This document shows positions 63,595 through 64,000 of a DNA stretch of 64,000 bases, piece by piece. Source of the DNA: an uncultured virus (IMG/VR IMGVR_UViG_3300000304_000066) (lineage: Duplodnaviria; Heunggongvirae; Uroviricota; Caudoviricetes). The translations under genes and the position numbers were made by a program. The DNA lies in the IMG/VR virus record IMGVR_UViG_3300000304_000066. One strand, 5' to 3'. The notes under the pieces were generated by a model. The model searched no databases. It saw only the letters and a program-made list of their open reading frames with translations, and was not told the origin of the DNA. The stretch's first letter is position 1; each line of letters opens with the position of its first letter.

Positions 63595-63990
63595 GTGAAT
63601 ATGTATCCTTTCTTTAATAGAGCTCTGGTTAAAAGATTAGACAGAGTTATTCCTAAATTGATAACTATCAGTATAAGTGAAAATACTACATCAGTAGCAT
63701 TAGGTATTTGTCCCAGAGTATGGTGTCAACTACCATGTGAAGGTGTAATAGTATTAGAAGTAAGACAAACTCCAACAACAGCCGCTGCTTCATTACCAGT
63801 ATTTATTTCTACTACAGGATCAGTTAGTCCTGCAGCAAATAATAATAATATCCCACTGGTAAATGCTTCTAGTGCACCAATTGTTGGGTCTCAAATAAGC
63901 GCAGGTAATAGATACATTGTTTACTACAATAAATGTGAACGTGTAATGCAGTTAATGAATTATACTCCGGCTGCTCCTGCTGCTGCTTAA
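63595..63990 (+). CDS. hypothetical beta-rich protein
   Basis: 131-aa ORF. Confidence 0.65.
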   Translation: MNMYPFFNRALVKRLDRVIPKLITISISENTTSVALGICPRVWCQLPCEGVIVLEVRQTPTTAAASLPVFISTTGSVSPAANNNNIPLVNASSAPIVGSQISAGNRYIVYYNKCERVMQLMNYTPAAPAAA

Positions 63991-64000
63991 GGCTGCTTTA

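Noticed and set aside
1..64000. Stop-codon reassignment (TAG to Gln or TGA to Trp), as in some crAss-like phages
   Set aside because: Long late genes are uninterrupted in the standard code, TAG and TGA end several ORFs at sensible boundaries, and no suppressor tRNA was seen.

Overview
AT-rich segment of a crAss-like (Crassvirales-type) Bacteroidota phage genome, read in the standard genetic code. It contains ten N-gaps, several of which break reading frames artificially. Layout: (i) <1-2020 (+) the 3' end of a very large virion/cargo protein gene; (ii) ~2.1-31.8 kb (-) a replication and early/accessory arm (PD-(D/E)XK nucleases, metallophosphoesterases, primase, SSB, Sak4-like ATPase, DnaB, PolB, ECF sigma factor, small membrane proteins); (iii) ~32-64 kb (+) a nucleotide-metabolism, packaging, capsid, tail and lysis arm. 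The minus-strand arm is unusually rich in RNA elements that the ORF track does not show. These are two group I introns (one in the DnaB Walker A motif, one carrying a GIY-YIG gene in a nuclease gene), a circularly permuted two-piece tmRNA, a hatchet ribozyme, an fMet-like tRNA with a CAC anticodon, several anticodon-defective tRNA-like elements placed just upstream of genes, a ~600-nt repeat-containing structured RNA and a ~2.4-kb hairpin-dense non-coding tract that may be a giant ncRNA. Also present are a bL12-CTD protein, early proteins with ssrA-like C-terminal ends, and a dUTPase with degenerate catalytic motifs. All calls were made by eye, with no database or folding searches.
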